A DNA stretch of 64,000 bases. Source: an uncultured Bacilli bacterium (lineage in GTDB: Bacteria > Bacillota_I > Bacilli_A > RF39 > UBA660). How positions within the stretch are numbered: the stretch's first letter is position 1; the number at the start of each line of letters is the position of its first letter. The translations under genes were made by a program, and so were the position numbers. This document shows positions 1 to 9,564 of this stretch, piece by piece. Where the stretch lies: positions 3,187 to 67,186 of the forward strand of contig CALVRJ010000002.1 of the NCBI GenBank assembly GCA_944358545.1, in the 5' to 3' direction. Under the pieces are notes generated by a model. That model made no database searches, was not told the DNA's origin, and was given only the letters and a program-made list of their open reading frames with translations.

Positions 1-1193
1 TGTTCCAGTTTATAGCCATAATCAAACATATAAGCCATATCTGTTACTTTACTTGTATTAAATGAACATAAGTTTAACTCTTTTATACTTTGTAATCTTG
101 AAAACATAGCATTCATATTAACAACATTACTTGTATCAAAATCTTCAAGCCCTTTTATTTCTTTTAAATTCTTATTATATTGAAACATACCTGCCATACT
201 CGTTACTTTTGATGTGTTAAAATTACTGACATCAATTGTTATTAATTTACTAGTTGCCGAATCCATCGTTCGATCAGAACCAGCCATACTAAACATCGAA
301 GACATTTTTGTAACATTAGATGTATCAAAGGTACTAACGTCTAATGTGGTAAGACTCATACATCCTTGAAACATGCCTTCCATATTAGTAACTTTATTTG
401 TATTAAAATTACTAACATCTAAGTATTCTAAACTGTTACATTCACAAAACATATTATACATATCTGTTACGTTACTTGTGTCAAACATGCTCAAATCTAT
501 GTCTTTAATTTTATTACAATTAGTAAACATACTCCGCATATTAGTAACTTTACTTGTGTCAAAATTACTTCCAAAAATTATTTTTTGTAAATTATTATCT
601 AAATTTTGATTTTCCCACATGGTGAACATTGCACTCATATCTGTAACATTAGATGTATCAAAACTACTTAAATCAATCTCTGTTAAACTAGTACAATTTC
701 TAAATAAATTTGTCATATTAGTCGCATTACTTGTATCATAATTATTATCAAAGTTTATTTCTTTTACTCCTCTAAAATCATAAAATATATTACTACTGTC
801 TTCATTAGCTATTACTTTTCCTTTGGCTCCAATATATAAATCATACTTTGATGAATCACTTAAATTTGGTACTACCCAAGCTTTTACGGTTCCTTTTTCT
901 TTATCTTCGGATACATTCCAGCTTTCTACGGCATTTTCTGGTACATTATTGTTATTTAAAAATGTTATGCTCACTATATTTTGTTTATAAAAGCCAGAAT
1001 GAAAGTCAGTTTGACTATTTTTATCCCACTCTTGAATTACTCTAGTTCCTTCCAAAATATTTCCTTTAACATGCAAACTTATATTTGTTGAAAATGCGGC
1101 ATATCCGGCTGTTATAACAAATAATAAACAAAATGCGGATAAAACTATTATTCTATTTAGTTTTCTTCTTCTATGTCTTCCTATTCTTCTCAT
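1..1193 (-). CDS. DUF285/BspA-like LRR surface (lipo)protein, paralog A; N-terminal ~397 codons, C-terminus beyond window start
   Basis: Minus-strand frame open from 1193 (ATG, M-R-R-I-G-R..., RBS AGGAGAA 8 nt upstream) to window edge. nt 786-1190 are near-identical to 2281-2678 of the downstream paralog. Same FDTSNVT.M..MF repeat architecture. Absent from the ORF track because its stop lies outside the window. Confidence 0.6.
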   Translation of the reverse strand, partial: MRRIGRHRRRKLNRIIVLSAFCLLFVITAGYAAFSTNISLHVKGNILEGTRVIQEWDKNSQTDFHSGFYKQNIVSITFLNNNNVPENAVESWNVSEDKEKGTVKAWVVPNLSDSSKYDLYIGAKGKVIANEDSSNIFYDFRGVKEINFDNNYDTSNATNMTNLFRNCTSLTEIDLSSFDTSNVTDMSAMFTMWENQNLDNNLQKIIFGSNFDTSKVTNMRSMFTNCNKIKDIDLSMFDTSNVTDMYNMFCECNSLEYLDVSNFNTNKVTNMEGMFQGCMSLTTLDVSTFDTSNVTKMSSMFSMAGSDRTMDSATSKLITIDVSNFNTSKVTSMAGMFQYNKNLKEIKGLEDFDTSNVVNMNAMFSRLQSIKELNLCSFNTSKVTDMAYMFDYGYKLE

Positions 1194-1213
1194 ATATAAT
1201 TCTCCTATTTTTA

Positions 1214-1244
1214 TGTACAATTTTATTGTACACCCCCCCCCCCC
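1214..1244. promoter_or_regulatory. 19-bp perfect palindrome TGTACAATTTTATTGTACA abutting a C12 homopolymer (G12 on the coding strand), in the promoter/5'UTR of paralog A
   Basis: Read directly: palindrome 1214-1232, C-run 1233-1244. It lies ~40-50 nt upstream of the start at 1193. TAAAAT/TACAAT -10-like hexamers sit between the tract and the RBS. Confidence 0.5.
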
Positions 1245-1325
1245 AGAAAAATCAAGCTTTCAGGGGGATTAATTTTTATGAGAAAATACGTCATTTTATG
1301 AGGGGGAGGGTTATATTTTGAGTAA

Positions 1326-1351
1326 ATAAAAAACTCTGAATTTAATCAGAG
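1326..1351 (-). terminator. Rho-independent terminator of the 1380..2678 gene
   Basis: Stem CTCTGA/TCAGAG (1334-1339 / 1346-1351) with a 6-nt loop, followed on the minus strand by a T-run (A-run 1326-1333 on plus). Confidence 0.5.
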
Positions 1352-1379
1352 ATTTATTCAAGGACATATTTTTTAATCT

Positions 1380-2678
1380 TTATCCACAATGACCTGTTGT
1401 TACAGATGATGTACCACTTCCGTCAAAAATTCCATTTGTATTTGCTTGAGAAATTATCCAATTTGGTCCGACATATATTTTTTGAAGTTTTGGTGATGAA
1501 GCAAACATTCTTTCCATCTTTGTTACTTTTTTTGTATTAAATGAACATAAATTTAATTCAGTTAAATTCTTATTACTTGCAAACATATGATACATATTTG
1601 TCACATTACTTGTATCAAAATTCTCGAGTCCTTTTATTTCTGACACATTACTGCATGAAAACATATTGTTCATATCTGTTACTCTCGACGTTTTAAAATT
1701 ACTTACATCTAATTCTTTTAAATTATTAATTAAACAATTTCCATTTTCATCACCATACCACATGCTGAACATAGCGTTCATCTTAGTTACATTAGTTGTA
1801 TTAAAATTACTTACATCTAGTTCAGATAAGCTCGTACATTGTGCAAACATAGCTTCCATATCAGTAACATTACTTGTGTCAAATGAACTTACATTTAACT
1901 CTGTTAAACTACTACAACTATTAAACATATGATACATATCTGTAACATTAGATGTATTAAAATTACTGAGATCTAACTCTTTTAATTCAGTAAGTCCAGC
2001 AAACATACTTCGCATGTTGGTAACATTGTCAGTAATAAAATTGTGTCCAAATTTAATATGTTCAAGTTTATTCTCTGGCGTAAGGTTTAACACACTATCC
2101 CACATACAAAACATCGCATACATACTTGTTACATTACTAGTATCAAAACTTGTTAAATCGAGCTCGGTTAAACTTGTACAATTTAGAAACATTTTAGACA
2201 TATCTATTGCATTGCTTGTATCGAAGTTATTATCAAAGCTTATTTCTTTTACTCCTCTAAAATCATAAAATACATATCCACTATTTTCATTAGCTATTAC
2301 TTTTCCTTTGGCTCCAATATACAAATCATATTTTGATGAATCACTTGAATTTGGTACTACCCAAGCTTTTACTGTTCCTTTTTCTTTATTTTCGGATACA
2401 TTCCAGCTTTCTACGGCATTTTCCGGTACATTATTGTTATTTAAAAATGTTATGCTCACTATATTCTGTTTATAAAAGTCCGAATGAAAATCTGTTTGAC
2501 TATTTTCATCCCACTTTTGAATTACTCTAGTTCCTTCTAAAATATTTCCTTTAACATGCAAACTTATATTTGTCGAAAAAGCTGCATATCCAGCTGTTAT
2601 AACAAATAATAAACAAAATGCAGATAAAACTATTATTCTATTTAGTTTTCTTCTTCTAAGTCTTCCTATTCTTCTCAT
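1380..2678 (-). CDS. DUF285/BspA-like LRR repeat surface protein, paralog B (N-terminal signal anchor)
   Basis: 432 aa with ~10 tandem ~25-aa repeats (L.ELDLSNFDTSNVT.M..MF..C.SL), typical of the DUF285 'Mycoplasma/Firmicutes' LRR-like family. Basic N-terminus plus hydrophobic anchor. Confidence 0.65.
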   Translation of the reverse strand: MRRIGRLRRRKLNRIIVLSAFCLLFVITAGYAAFSTNISLHVKGNILEGTRVIQKWDENSQTDFHSDFYKQNIVSITFLNNNNVPENAVESWNVSENKEKGTVKAWVVPNSSDSSKYDLYIGAKGKVIANENSGYVFYDFRGVKEISFDNNFDTSNAIDMSKMFLNCTSLTELDLTSFDTSNVTSMYAMFCMWDSVLNLTPENKLEHIKFGHNFITDNVTNMRSMFAGLTELKELDLSNFNTSNVTDMYHMFNSCSSLTELNVSSFDTSNVTDMEAMFAQCTSLSELDVSNFNTTNVTKMNAMFSMWYGDENGNCLINNLKELDVSNFKTSRVTDMNNMFSCSNVSEIKGLENFDTSNVTNMYHMFASNKNLTELNLCSFNTKKVTKMERMFASSPKLQKIYVGPNWIISQANTNGIFDGSGTSSVTTGHCG

Positions 2679-2692
2679 AATTCACCTCTATT

Positions 2693-2804
2693 ATGACATA
2701 AAATGTCGTTATTATAAATATAATATTTATAATAACAGATGTCAATAATTAAGCGACATTTAATATCGTGTTTTTGAAAAACTAACTATGACATAATATG
2801 TCTA
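2693..2804. promoter_or_regulatory. Divergent promoter/operator region with two copies of palindrome GACATAA(A/T)ATGTC and a 21-bp AT palindrome
   Basis: GACATAAAATGTC at 2695-2707 and GACATAATATGTC at 2790-2802, the latter overlapping the RBS of the XRE gene. TTATAAATATAATATTTATAA palindrome at 2711-2731. Confidence 0.45.
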
Positions 2805-2805
2805 G

Positions 2806-3003
2806 GTGAATAAAATGATAAAAGAGAACAGAGTAAAAAAAGGATATACTCAAGAACAACTGGCTGAACTCATTGATATTAGCTGGCGCCAACTTCAAAG
2901 AATTGAAAAAAATGAAAACAATACTAAAATATCAACCTTAAAAAAAATAATTCAAATTCTAAACATTCCCGATGATGATATATTAAAATTTTTTAAAAAA
3001 TAA
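2806..3003 (+). CDS. XRE-family HTH transcriptional regulator (small, Cro/CI-like)
   Basis: HTH_3 signature (GYTQEQLAELIDISWRQLQRIE). The track start at 2806 is GTG; ATG at 2815 with AGGTGA RBS is the likelier start. Confidence 0.7.
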   Translation: MNKMIKENRVKKGYTQEQLAELIDISWRQLQRIEKNENNTKISTLKKIIQILNIPDDDILKFFKK

Positions 3004-3047
3004 AACTATTCAAATCTGATGAAATATTCATCAAACATGAATAGTTT

Positions 3048-3497
3048 TTATTTATGATAACTTTCGTTATTATTTATTTTAAAACACCTATATATTTGTT
3101 CGAGTAAAATAACTCTAAAAAGTTGATGAGGAAAAGTAAGCTTCGAAAAAGATAAACTATAATTACTTCTTTTTATAACCTCATCAGAAAGACCATAAGA
3201 ACCACCAATTACAAACGTAATTACTGAATGAGAATTAAAAGTTTTATCGATAAATTTAGCCATAGAAACTGAATCCAGCATTTTTCCATTGATTTCTAAA
3301 GTTACGACAAACTCGTTATCTTTTATCTTTTTTAATATTTCCATTCCTTCTTTTTTCAAAGATAAATTACTATCAGAAGTATCCGGAACCTCTTCGATTA
3401 TAACTTTCGTATATTTAGAAAGTCTTTTTAAATATTCATCTATTGCTTCTCTAAAGAAATGCTCTTTAACCTTCCCTACACAAACTATCTTTATCAT
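3048..3497 (-). CDS. rlmH: 23S rRNA (pseudouridine1915-N3)-methyltransferase RlmH (SPOUT)
   Basis: ~150 aa, N-terminal MKI.VV.VGK.K...F..A..EY.KRL and SPOUT knot region. yycJ-rlmH synteny as in Bacillus. Confidence 0.75.
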   Translation of the reverse strand: MIKIVCVGKVKEHFFREAIDEYLKRLSKYTKVIIEEVPDTSDSNLSLKKEGMEILKKIKDNEFVVTLEINGKMLDSVSMAKFIDKTFNSHSVITFVIGGSYGLSDEVIKRSNYSLSFSKLTFPHQLFRVILLEQIYRCFKINNNESYHK

Positions 3498-4252
3498 ACC
3501 TCATATACCTCTGTTTTTTCATGTTGATAAGAAATTATAACTTCTGGAAGTTTTAAATGTTCCTTATCAAAAGTTTCTTTTAAACATGCAAGTGCTTTTT
3601 CCGGTGTATTATTCGACTCACTTAAATGAATCAAAACAATTCTTTTAGTCCTTGGACCAACAACCCGAGACAAATAATAAGATGTATCCTTATTTGAAAG
3701 ATGCCCAACATCACTGAGAATTCTTTGCTGAAGTCTATATGGATAAGGACCCTCTCTAAGCATCTTTACATCATGATTACTTTCAATTATATACAAATTT
3801 CGATTTCTAATCTTATCAAAAACTCTTTCGTTTAAATAGCCCGTATCCGTAATATACACTGCTGTCCTTCCTTTATGAACAAATACATAACCATTACTAT
3901 CAGCCACATCATGAGAAGTTTTAAATGTAATTACACCTAAATCCTTGACCTCCAATTCCTCCCCAATAAATTCATAATTTGGAAGATCAAATTTAAGTTC
4001 TCTAAGCATAGGTGGAGTTAAAAACACCTTTGCCCGGTGTTTTTTTGTAAAAGTCTTAAGCCCAGCTGTATGATCCGAATGCGTATGCGTTATAAATATA
4101 AAATCAATATCATCTGCATTAACACCTATCTCACTTAAAAGCTTTTCTTCCTGCGCACAACTAAGTCCAATATCAACTAAAAATTTAACCTCATCAGTTT
4201 CAAAATAACTTGAATTACCTTTACTACCTGTAGCTAACTGACAAACTTTCAT
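3494..4252 (-). CDS. MBL-fold metallo-hydrolase, YycJ/WalJ-like
   Basis: HTHSDH metal-binding motif, ~250 aa, located directly upstream of rlmH as yycJ is in Firmicutes. Confidence 0.7.
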   Translation of the reverse strand: MKVCQLATGSKGNSSYFETDEVKFLVDIGLSCAQEEKLLSEIGVNADDIDFIFITHTHSDHTAGLKTFTKKHRAKVFLTPPMLRELKFDLPNYEFIGEELEVKDLGVITFKTSHDVADSNGYVFVHKGRTAVYITDTGYLNERVFDKIRNRNLYIIESNHDVKMLREGPYPYRLQQRILSDVGHLSNKDTSYYLSRVVGPRTKRIVLIHLSESNNTPEKALACLKETFDKEHLKLPEVIISYQHEKTEVYEV

Positions 4253-5724
4253 TAATAAACTGACATCGGATTAATCCGGCAGTATTCACAACCTTTCCAT
4301 ATTTCATAATGAACATGAGGTCCAGTTGCCGCACCTGTCATTCCAACATAACCAATAACCTGACCACGTGATACAACATCTCCAACCTTAACTGCAATTC
4401 TTGACATATGACCATACAAAGTATAATAGCCATTATTGTGATTTATAATAACATGGTTACCATAACTATAATGATATCCTGCTTCTATTACTCTACCATT
4501 ATTTGTAGCATAAATGTTTGAACCATATCCTGTACCACTTATATCAAGACCACCATGTAACTCACGTCTACCATTAATCGGACTAGTTCGCCAAACATAT
4601 CCACTACTCAATGTCCAACCACTATCAGTCGGCCATCCCCAACTCGTCGTACTACCAACATCAGGAATAACTTTACTACCCTTAACAATAATTTTAGATA
4701 CAGGAGCTTTTAAAGTTTCTTTACCTTTTGGATCAACATAAACAATTGTCCCATTAATTTTTCTTTCTAGCTGTGAAACCCTATCCATTCCATTTGAACC
4801 ATCTTGAATAACCTTATCTTGTCCAACAACCATATTATCGTCGTAACGTTCCTCTGTTGAATATTGACTTTCGATATCTTCGACTACATAAGTCTCTTCA
4901 ACCACACTTATCTGAGGATTAGTTTCAGCAATCGTTAACTTTTGCCCAGGATAAAGCAAATTACTTGTACTCGTCAAAGAAGAATTAGACAGTAGAAGTT
5001 CCTCTGGACTAATTTGATTATTAAAAGCCACATTGTCAATCGTATCACCTGCATTAACCGTATACTCACTAGTATCATAATCTTTACCATATAGTAAGTA
5101 ACGTGCAAGATCATCTGCATCAGTATAAATAGTCTTGTTAACTGGAATATTCGTCTCCTTAAAAGTTATATCTTCATCGATATAAACATTTTCAATGTTC
5201 TCACCAGTTGTTTCAATCCTAACCTGATTATCATCTAAATAAGCCTTATATCTATCTTTACCAACAAAAGTTTCAATCAAAGCCTCAACAGCCTTTTTAA
5301 ATACATTTTTATCTAAAACGTATATCGTTTGAACTTTAGTTTTACCAGTCGGATTACCCTCTTCATCAGTCTCTTCCTTTTTTATCTTAAATTCATAACC
5401 TCTAATCGTAAACTCTGAATCATCGGCAATCTTCTTATAAACATCTCTAACTGAAGAAACCTTATCATCATAAGTAGTTATTTTTTTAACTTGTAAATCA
5501 GAAGGAGAGTAAACATTTTTTACCTTATATTTATTCTTATAATAAGAACCATTTGTATTTATATAGTCATCAAGTTCATCTTTAGAAGCAATAACCCCTA
5601 AAGATTTATCTTTTAAATACACCTCATAATAAACATTTGGCTCAGGTGACTTTTGATAACCAAAACCTAAACAAACGACACCTATAGTTACAATAATCAA
5701 TCCCAAAAATACAATTTTTTTCAA
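4252..5724 (-). CDS. M23 family metallopeptidase (LytM domain) with N-terminal TM anchor
   Basis: C-terminal HGGLD...H.H motifs of peptidase M23; single N-terminal TM. Confidence 0.7.
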   Translation of the reverse strand: MKKIVFLGLIIVTIGVVCLGFGYQKSPEPNVYYEVYLKDKSLGVIASKDELDDYINTNGSYYKNKYKVKNVYSPSDLQVKKITTYDDKVSSVRDVYKKIADDSEFTIRGYEFKIKKEETDEEGNPTGKTKVQTIYVLDKNVFKKAVEALIETFVGKDRYKAYLDDNQVRIETTGENIENVYIDEDITFKETNIPVNKTIYTDADDLARYLLYGKDYDTSEYTVNAGDTIDNVAFNNQISPEELLLSNSSLTSTSNLLYPGQKLTIAETNPQISVVEETYVVEDIESQYSTEERYDDNMVVGQDKVIQDGSNGMDRVSQLERKINGTIVYVDPKGKETLKAPVSKIIVKGSKVIPDVGSTTSWGWPTDSGWTLSSGYVWRTSPINGRRELHGGLDISGTGYGSNIYATNNGRVIEAGYHYSYGNHVIINHNNGYYTLYGHMSRIAVKVGDVVSRGQVIGYVGMTGAATGPHVHYEIWKGCEYCRINPMSVY

Positions 5725-5737
5725 ACCATTTCACCTT

Positions 5738-7072
5738 CTAACTATTTTCCATATTAAAGAACGAACCAGTATTTCGTTTAAAAATCATATTTACTGTTGC
5801 TGTCGGTCCATTACGGTGCTTAGCAATAATAAACTCGCTCTTACTAGTATCTTCATCTATCGCACTCTCTTTATTATAATAATCATCTCTATAAAGAAAT
5901 GCCACTATATCTGCATCCTGTTCAATAGAACCGGATTCCCTTAAATCACTAAGAAGCGGACGCTTATCTTCTCTTCCTTCAACACTACGTGAAAGCTGAG
6001 CTAAAGCCACAACTGGAATATTTAGTTCCATTGCCATCGTTTTAAGTGAACGCGAAATTTCCGAAACCTCTTGCTGTCTCTGACCCGCATATCTAGCTGA
6101 ACCACTAATAAGCTGTAAGTAATCGATTATTACAATATCAAGACCATCTTCCGAATTAGCAAGTCTTCGGCATTTAGCTCGCATTTCACTAACCGTCATT
6201 CCCGGTGTATCATCTATAAAAATCTTTGTATCGGCAAGTCTACTTATTGCTTCATTAACTCGTTTCCAATCATTGTGCTCGAGCTTTCCTGTTCTAAGCT
6301 TTGAAGATTCTATCTGACCAACAGAAGAAAGCATTCTTGTAATAAGCTGTTCAGCACCCATTTCCATATTGAATAAAGCAACACTTTTTTTAGCATTAAT
6401 TGCCATATTAACCGCCATATTAAGTGCAAAAGCAGTTTTACCCATAGCTGGTCTTGCCGCAATAATTATAAGCTCGTTCTCATGAAAACCCGAAGTAAGC
6501 TTATCGATATCATAATATCCCGTCGGTACACCCGTAATCTCGTTTTTCATAGAAGAAAGCTTTTCTAAATCAGCTTGTGCCTTAAACAAAACATCTTGAA
6601 TAGTTTTAAATTCACTACCCCTTCTGTTTTTTACAACATCGAATATCTTTTTTTCTGCCTCATCTAAAACATCGCCAATATCATCAGGTGATGAAAAACC
6701 TAAAGAAGTAATTTCTGTACCAGCTTCTATTAAGTTACGCCTCAAATATTTATCTTCGATAATTTTTATATACTGCTCGACATTAGCCGCCGTTGGAACA
6801 ATATTTACAAGCTCCGTTAAATAAGCGACTCCTCCAACTTGATTTAAAAGATTTTTCTCCTCTAAAGCATTCGTCACTGTTGTAATATCTATCGGTATCT
6901 TTTTATCATCAAGATTTTTCATCACTTCAAATATTTTTTTGTGCGAATCTAAATAAAACATATCTTTGTTTAAAGATTCAACAGCTTTTTCTAAAGCATT
7001 TTTACTTAAAAACATTGCTCCTAAAACAGACTGCTCTGCATCGATTTTTTGTGGCATAACCTTTTCGTTCAT
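5738..7072 (-). CDS. dnaB: Replicative DNA helicase DnaB
   Basis: 444 aa; Walker A AARPAMGKTAFALN, DnaB N- and C-terminal domain motifs; rplI-dnaB synteny. Confidence 0.9.
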   Translation of the reverse strand: MNEKVMPQKIDAEQSVLGAMFLSKNALEKAVESLNKDMFYLDSHKKIFEVMKNLDDKKIPIDITTVTNALEEKNLLNQVGGVAYLTELVNIVPTAANVEQYIKIIEDKYLRRNLIEAGTEITSLGFSSPDDIGDVLDEAEKKIFDVVKNRRGSEFKTIQDVLFKAQADLEKLSSMKNEITGVPTGYYDIDKLTSGFHENELIIIAARPAMGKTAFALNMAVNMAINAKKSVALFNMEMGAEQLITRMLSSVGQIESSKLRTGKLEHNDWKRVNEAISRLADTKIFIDDTPGMTVSEMRAKCRRLANSEDGLDIVIIDYLQLISGSARYAGQRQQEVSEISRSLKTMAMELNIPVVALAQLSRSVEGREDKRPLLSDLRESGSIEQDADIVAFLYRDDYYNKESAIDEDTSKSEFIIAKHRNGPTATVNMIFKRNTGSFFNMENS

Positions 7073-7080
7073 AAATTCAC

Positions 7081-7518
7081 CTACTTCACTAATCTAATTT
7101 TGAGTTTAGCTTCAACCTCTTTATGAAGTAAAACTGTTACCTCCGTTACTCCCAAAGAATTAACTGGAACATCTAATCTTATCTTTCTCTTATCGATTTC
7201 TATTCCTCTTTTTTTAAGCTCATCCACAATTTGTTTTGTACTAATAGTCCCAAAAACTTGATCACCTTTTCCAGTTTTAACCTTAAATTCCAAAGTCATA
7301 TTTTCAAGTTTTCCTTTTATTTCTCTACATTCATGCAAAACTCTCTCTGCCTCTTCAGCAGCGGCTTTATTTTGCTCATCTAAAACTTTCTTACTGCCTT
7401 TAGTTTCTAAAACCGCTAATTTATTATTTATTAAATAAGTTCCATAACCATCTTTAACGTTGATTATTTCACCTTTTTTTCCTTGTTTTTTAACATCTTT
7501 CAGTAATATTACTTTCAT
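7081..7518 (-). CDS. rplI: 50S ribosomal protein L9
   Basis: MKVILLKDVKKQGKKGEI... is the canonical L9 N-terminus. The track start at 7527 is probably 3 codons too long. Confidence 0.9.
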   Translation of the reverse strand: MKVILLKDVKKQGKKGEIINVKDGYGTYLINNKLAVLETKGSKKVLDEQNKAAAEEAERVLHECREIKGKLENMTLEFKVKTGKGDQVFGTISTKQIVDELKKRGIEIDKRKIRLDVPVNSLGVTEVTVLLHKEVEAKLKIRLVK

Positions 7519-8506
7519 AGTCACCATTCCTCACTAATTTGGTTAAATCTTCTATTACTTCAGTTTTACTCTTACCTTCTATTTGCGTAGCTGCACTAGC
7601 TGAATGACCACCGCCACCAAGCTTTCGCATCATTTCACCAACATTTATATCACCCATTGACCTCGCACTAATTCCAAGGACAGAAGGAGATATTCGGCCA
7701 ATCGCAAAAGCCGCATTAACGCCATCAAAACTAAGTAAATCATTAGCTATTAAAGATAAGAAAACTGGACTGTATATCTCATCGTCAAGCACACATACAT
7801 GCATATTATTTCCAATCTCATAACTATCTTTAAGCATTTCATATCTTCTAAGCTTCTCCGCCTTTGACTCCTTTAAAAACTTCTGCTTTAATATCAAATC
7901 GGCACCTTCCCCGACTAAATATCCTGCTGTTTCAAGTGTCTTTCTTGTTGTTTTTAAATTAAATGTGTTTGTATCAGTTTCAATTCCGGCCAAAAGCATT
8001 GTTAAAGCAACCTTACTTAATTTAAAATTATTATATTTTAAATATTCAGCTATCATCTCCGCCACACTAGATTTAGTCGCATCCTCAAACTCCATAACTG
8101 AAGAACCAATTAAATTATCCATCTTACAGTGATGATCAATTACAATAATGTTTTTCGCTTTTTCGATTATTTTCGGACTTTCCACAATTTTCATACTGTT
8201 TGTGTCCAAGACAATCACTAGTGATTTGTCATCTAATAATTTTAACACATCTTTTTCCGGAACAAAATTCAAATCAAAAGATTTACTATAAACATCTAAA
8301 GCTCTAATTAAAGAATAATTGTTATTAACCTTTGGTTTAACAATTACGACTTTCTTTCCTAAAAACTCAGTAAACTCTTTAAGTGCACAAGCACTACCCA
8401 TTCCATCTAAATCAGGTCTTGCATGTGTCATTAAAATAATTAAATCGTTATTTTTAATCTGATCCGTAAGTTTATCAAAAATCTCCATCCAAATCACCTT
8501 CAACAT
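7490..8506 (-). CDS. DHH/DHHA1 family phosphoesterase (GdpP/NrnA-like catalytic core, no sensor domains)
   Basis: DHH motif (VVIDHH), GGGH motif of DHHA1 (GGGGHSASAA). Position upstream of rplI matches yybT/gdpP synteny. Confidence 0.7.
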   Translation of the reverse strand: MLKVIWMEIFDKLTDQIKNNDLIILMTHARPDLDGMGSACALKEFTEFLGKKVVIVKPKVNNNYSLIRALDVYSKSFDLNFVPEKDVLKLLDDKSLVIVLDTNSMKIVESPKIIEKAKNIIVIDHHCKMDNLIGSSVMEFEDATKSSVAEMIAEYLKYNNFKLSKVALTMLLAGIETDTNTFNLKTTRKTLETAGYLVGEGADLILKQKFLKESKAEKLRRYEMLKDSYEIGNNMHVCVLDDEIYSPVFLSLIANDLLSFDGVNAAFAIGRISPSVLGISARSMGDINVGEMMRKLGGGGHSASAATQIEGKSKTEVIEDLTKLVRNGDYESNITERC

Positions 8507-8606
8507 ATATTATACTATAAAAAAACACATCTGTCTTCTGTTCTACAAAAATTACATAACTCATATTTATCATATTTAAATAACAACCTATTATATTTTT
8601 TATTAA

Positions 8607-8632
8607 CAAAAACATCAGTGCAATTCTGATGT
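8607..8632 (-). terminator. Rho-independent terminator downstream of the Rpn-family gene
   Basis: AAACATCAG / CTGATGTTT 9-bp stem with 7-nt loop, flanked by A/T runs. Confidence 0.5.
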
Positions 8633-8638
8633 TTATAA

Positions 8639-9490
8639 TTATGACAATTCCTTAATTTGTTTTTGAGATAAACCTGTGTTTTTGGCAATATCAGCTACTG
8701 ACATTCCATATTTAAGTAAATTCTTAGCCGTTTCAATTAAAGCGTTTTCTTTACCTATCTTAATTCCATTAGCTATTCCACGTTTTTCGCCCTCTTCTTT
8801 GCCATTGGCAAAATAAGTGTTTCTAATTTTCCTCTCATCCTCTTCTACAGATATAAAGTTTGCAAAATAATTTTCATCGTTTAACTTCTCTACTTGTTTT
8901 TGAATTTTCCTCATAAAATCATCTCCTTTCTCTGCTAGAAATTCTAATTCTTCTCTTGATGCGGTTATCATTTTCAGAAAGTTATATTCATCATCTTCAT
9001 TATAGCACCTATTATTTATTTTATCTAGGTTTACATCATAAATATCTAAGTTCCTAACTTTTAGTTTTAATGTATCTTTATTGATAACTCTGCTTACACT
9101 TATCTCTGGTTTCTTTGTACCTAAACCTACAGTTAAATTAATTTGAACAAAGTCTAAATCATTATTATATTCTTCACCTACTTTTAAATGACTTGCATAA
9201 ACAAGAGCGATATAACTAAAGTTTCGTTCATCAAGTCCTTCATAATTATGACTATTTATTTCAATATTGATAAATAGATTATCGGCTTTAATTAGAATAT
9301 CTAAATATTTACCTTTTTCATAAATATTATTTTTTGTAAGTTCAGGGGATAATATTTTAAAGGTTTTAAATTTTCTTTTGAGTAATCTTTCGGTAAATTC
9401 TTTAAGTAAAGATTCATTGCCAGGTGTGCAAAAAACTGCTTTAAATAACTTATCTATAATGAGAGGATAAAACTTTTTAATTGTACCTAT
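8639..9490 (-). CDS. Rpn-family recombination-promoting nuclease / PD-(D/E)XK 'transposase_31' protein; no canonical start codon
   Basis: Manual minus-strand translation of 8972-9490 is open and joins the 110-aa track ORF in frame (...YLDILIKADNLFINIEINSHNYEGLDERNFSYIALVYASHL...). The C-terminus (KGIANGIKIGKENALIETAKNLLKYGMSVADIAKNTGLS) is the family-typical tail. Strong RBS GGAAGGTGA at 9497-9505, but the only downstream in-frame codons are ATC/ATA (9493/9490). Confidence 0.5.
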   Translation of the reverse strand: MGTIKKFYPLIIDKLFKAVFCTPGNESLLKEFTERLLKRKFKTFKILSPELTKNNIYEKGKYLDILIKADNLFINIEINSHNYEGLDERNFSYIALVYASHLKVGEEYNNDLDFVQINLTVGLGTKKPEISVSRVINKDTLKLKVRNLDIYDVNLDKINNRCYNEDDEYNFLKMITASREELEFLAEKGDDFMRKIQKQVEKLNDENYFANFISVEEDERKIRNTYFANGKEEGEKRGIANGIKIGKENALIETAKNLLKYGMSVADIAKNTGLSQKQIKELS

Positions 9491-9564
9491 GATATCACCT
9501 TCCTTTCTTTTTTTGATGAAGTCCTTTTTTATTTTGAAAAATAAAAAAACAAATAAAATTAATC

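Noticed and set aside
373-2530. Plus-strand ORFs 373-609, 848-1045, 1133-1321, 1666-1932, 2014-2268, 2333-2530
   Set aside because: They lie antisense to the two DUF285 repeat-protein genes. They are low-complexity Leu/Ser/Phe-rich translations of the opposite strand of a repetitive gene and are considered artefacts.
4514-4741. 75-aa plus-strand ORF inside the M23 peptidase gene
   Set aside because: Antisense to a well-supported gene.
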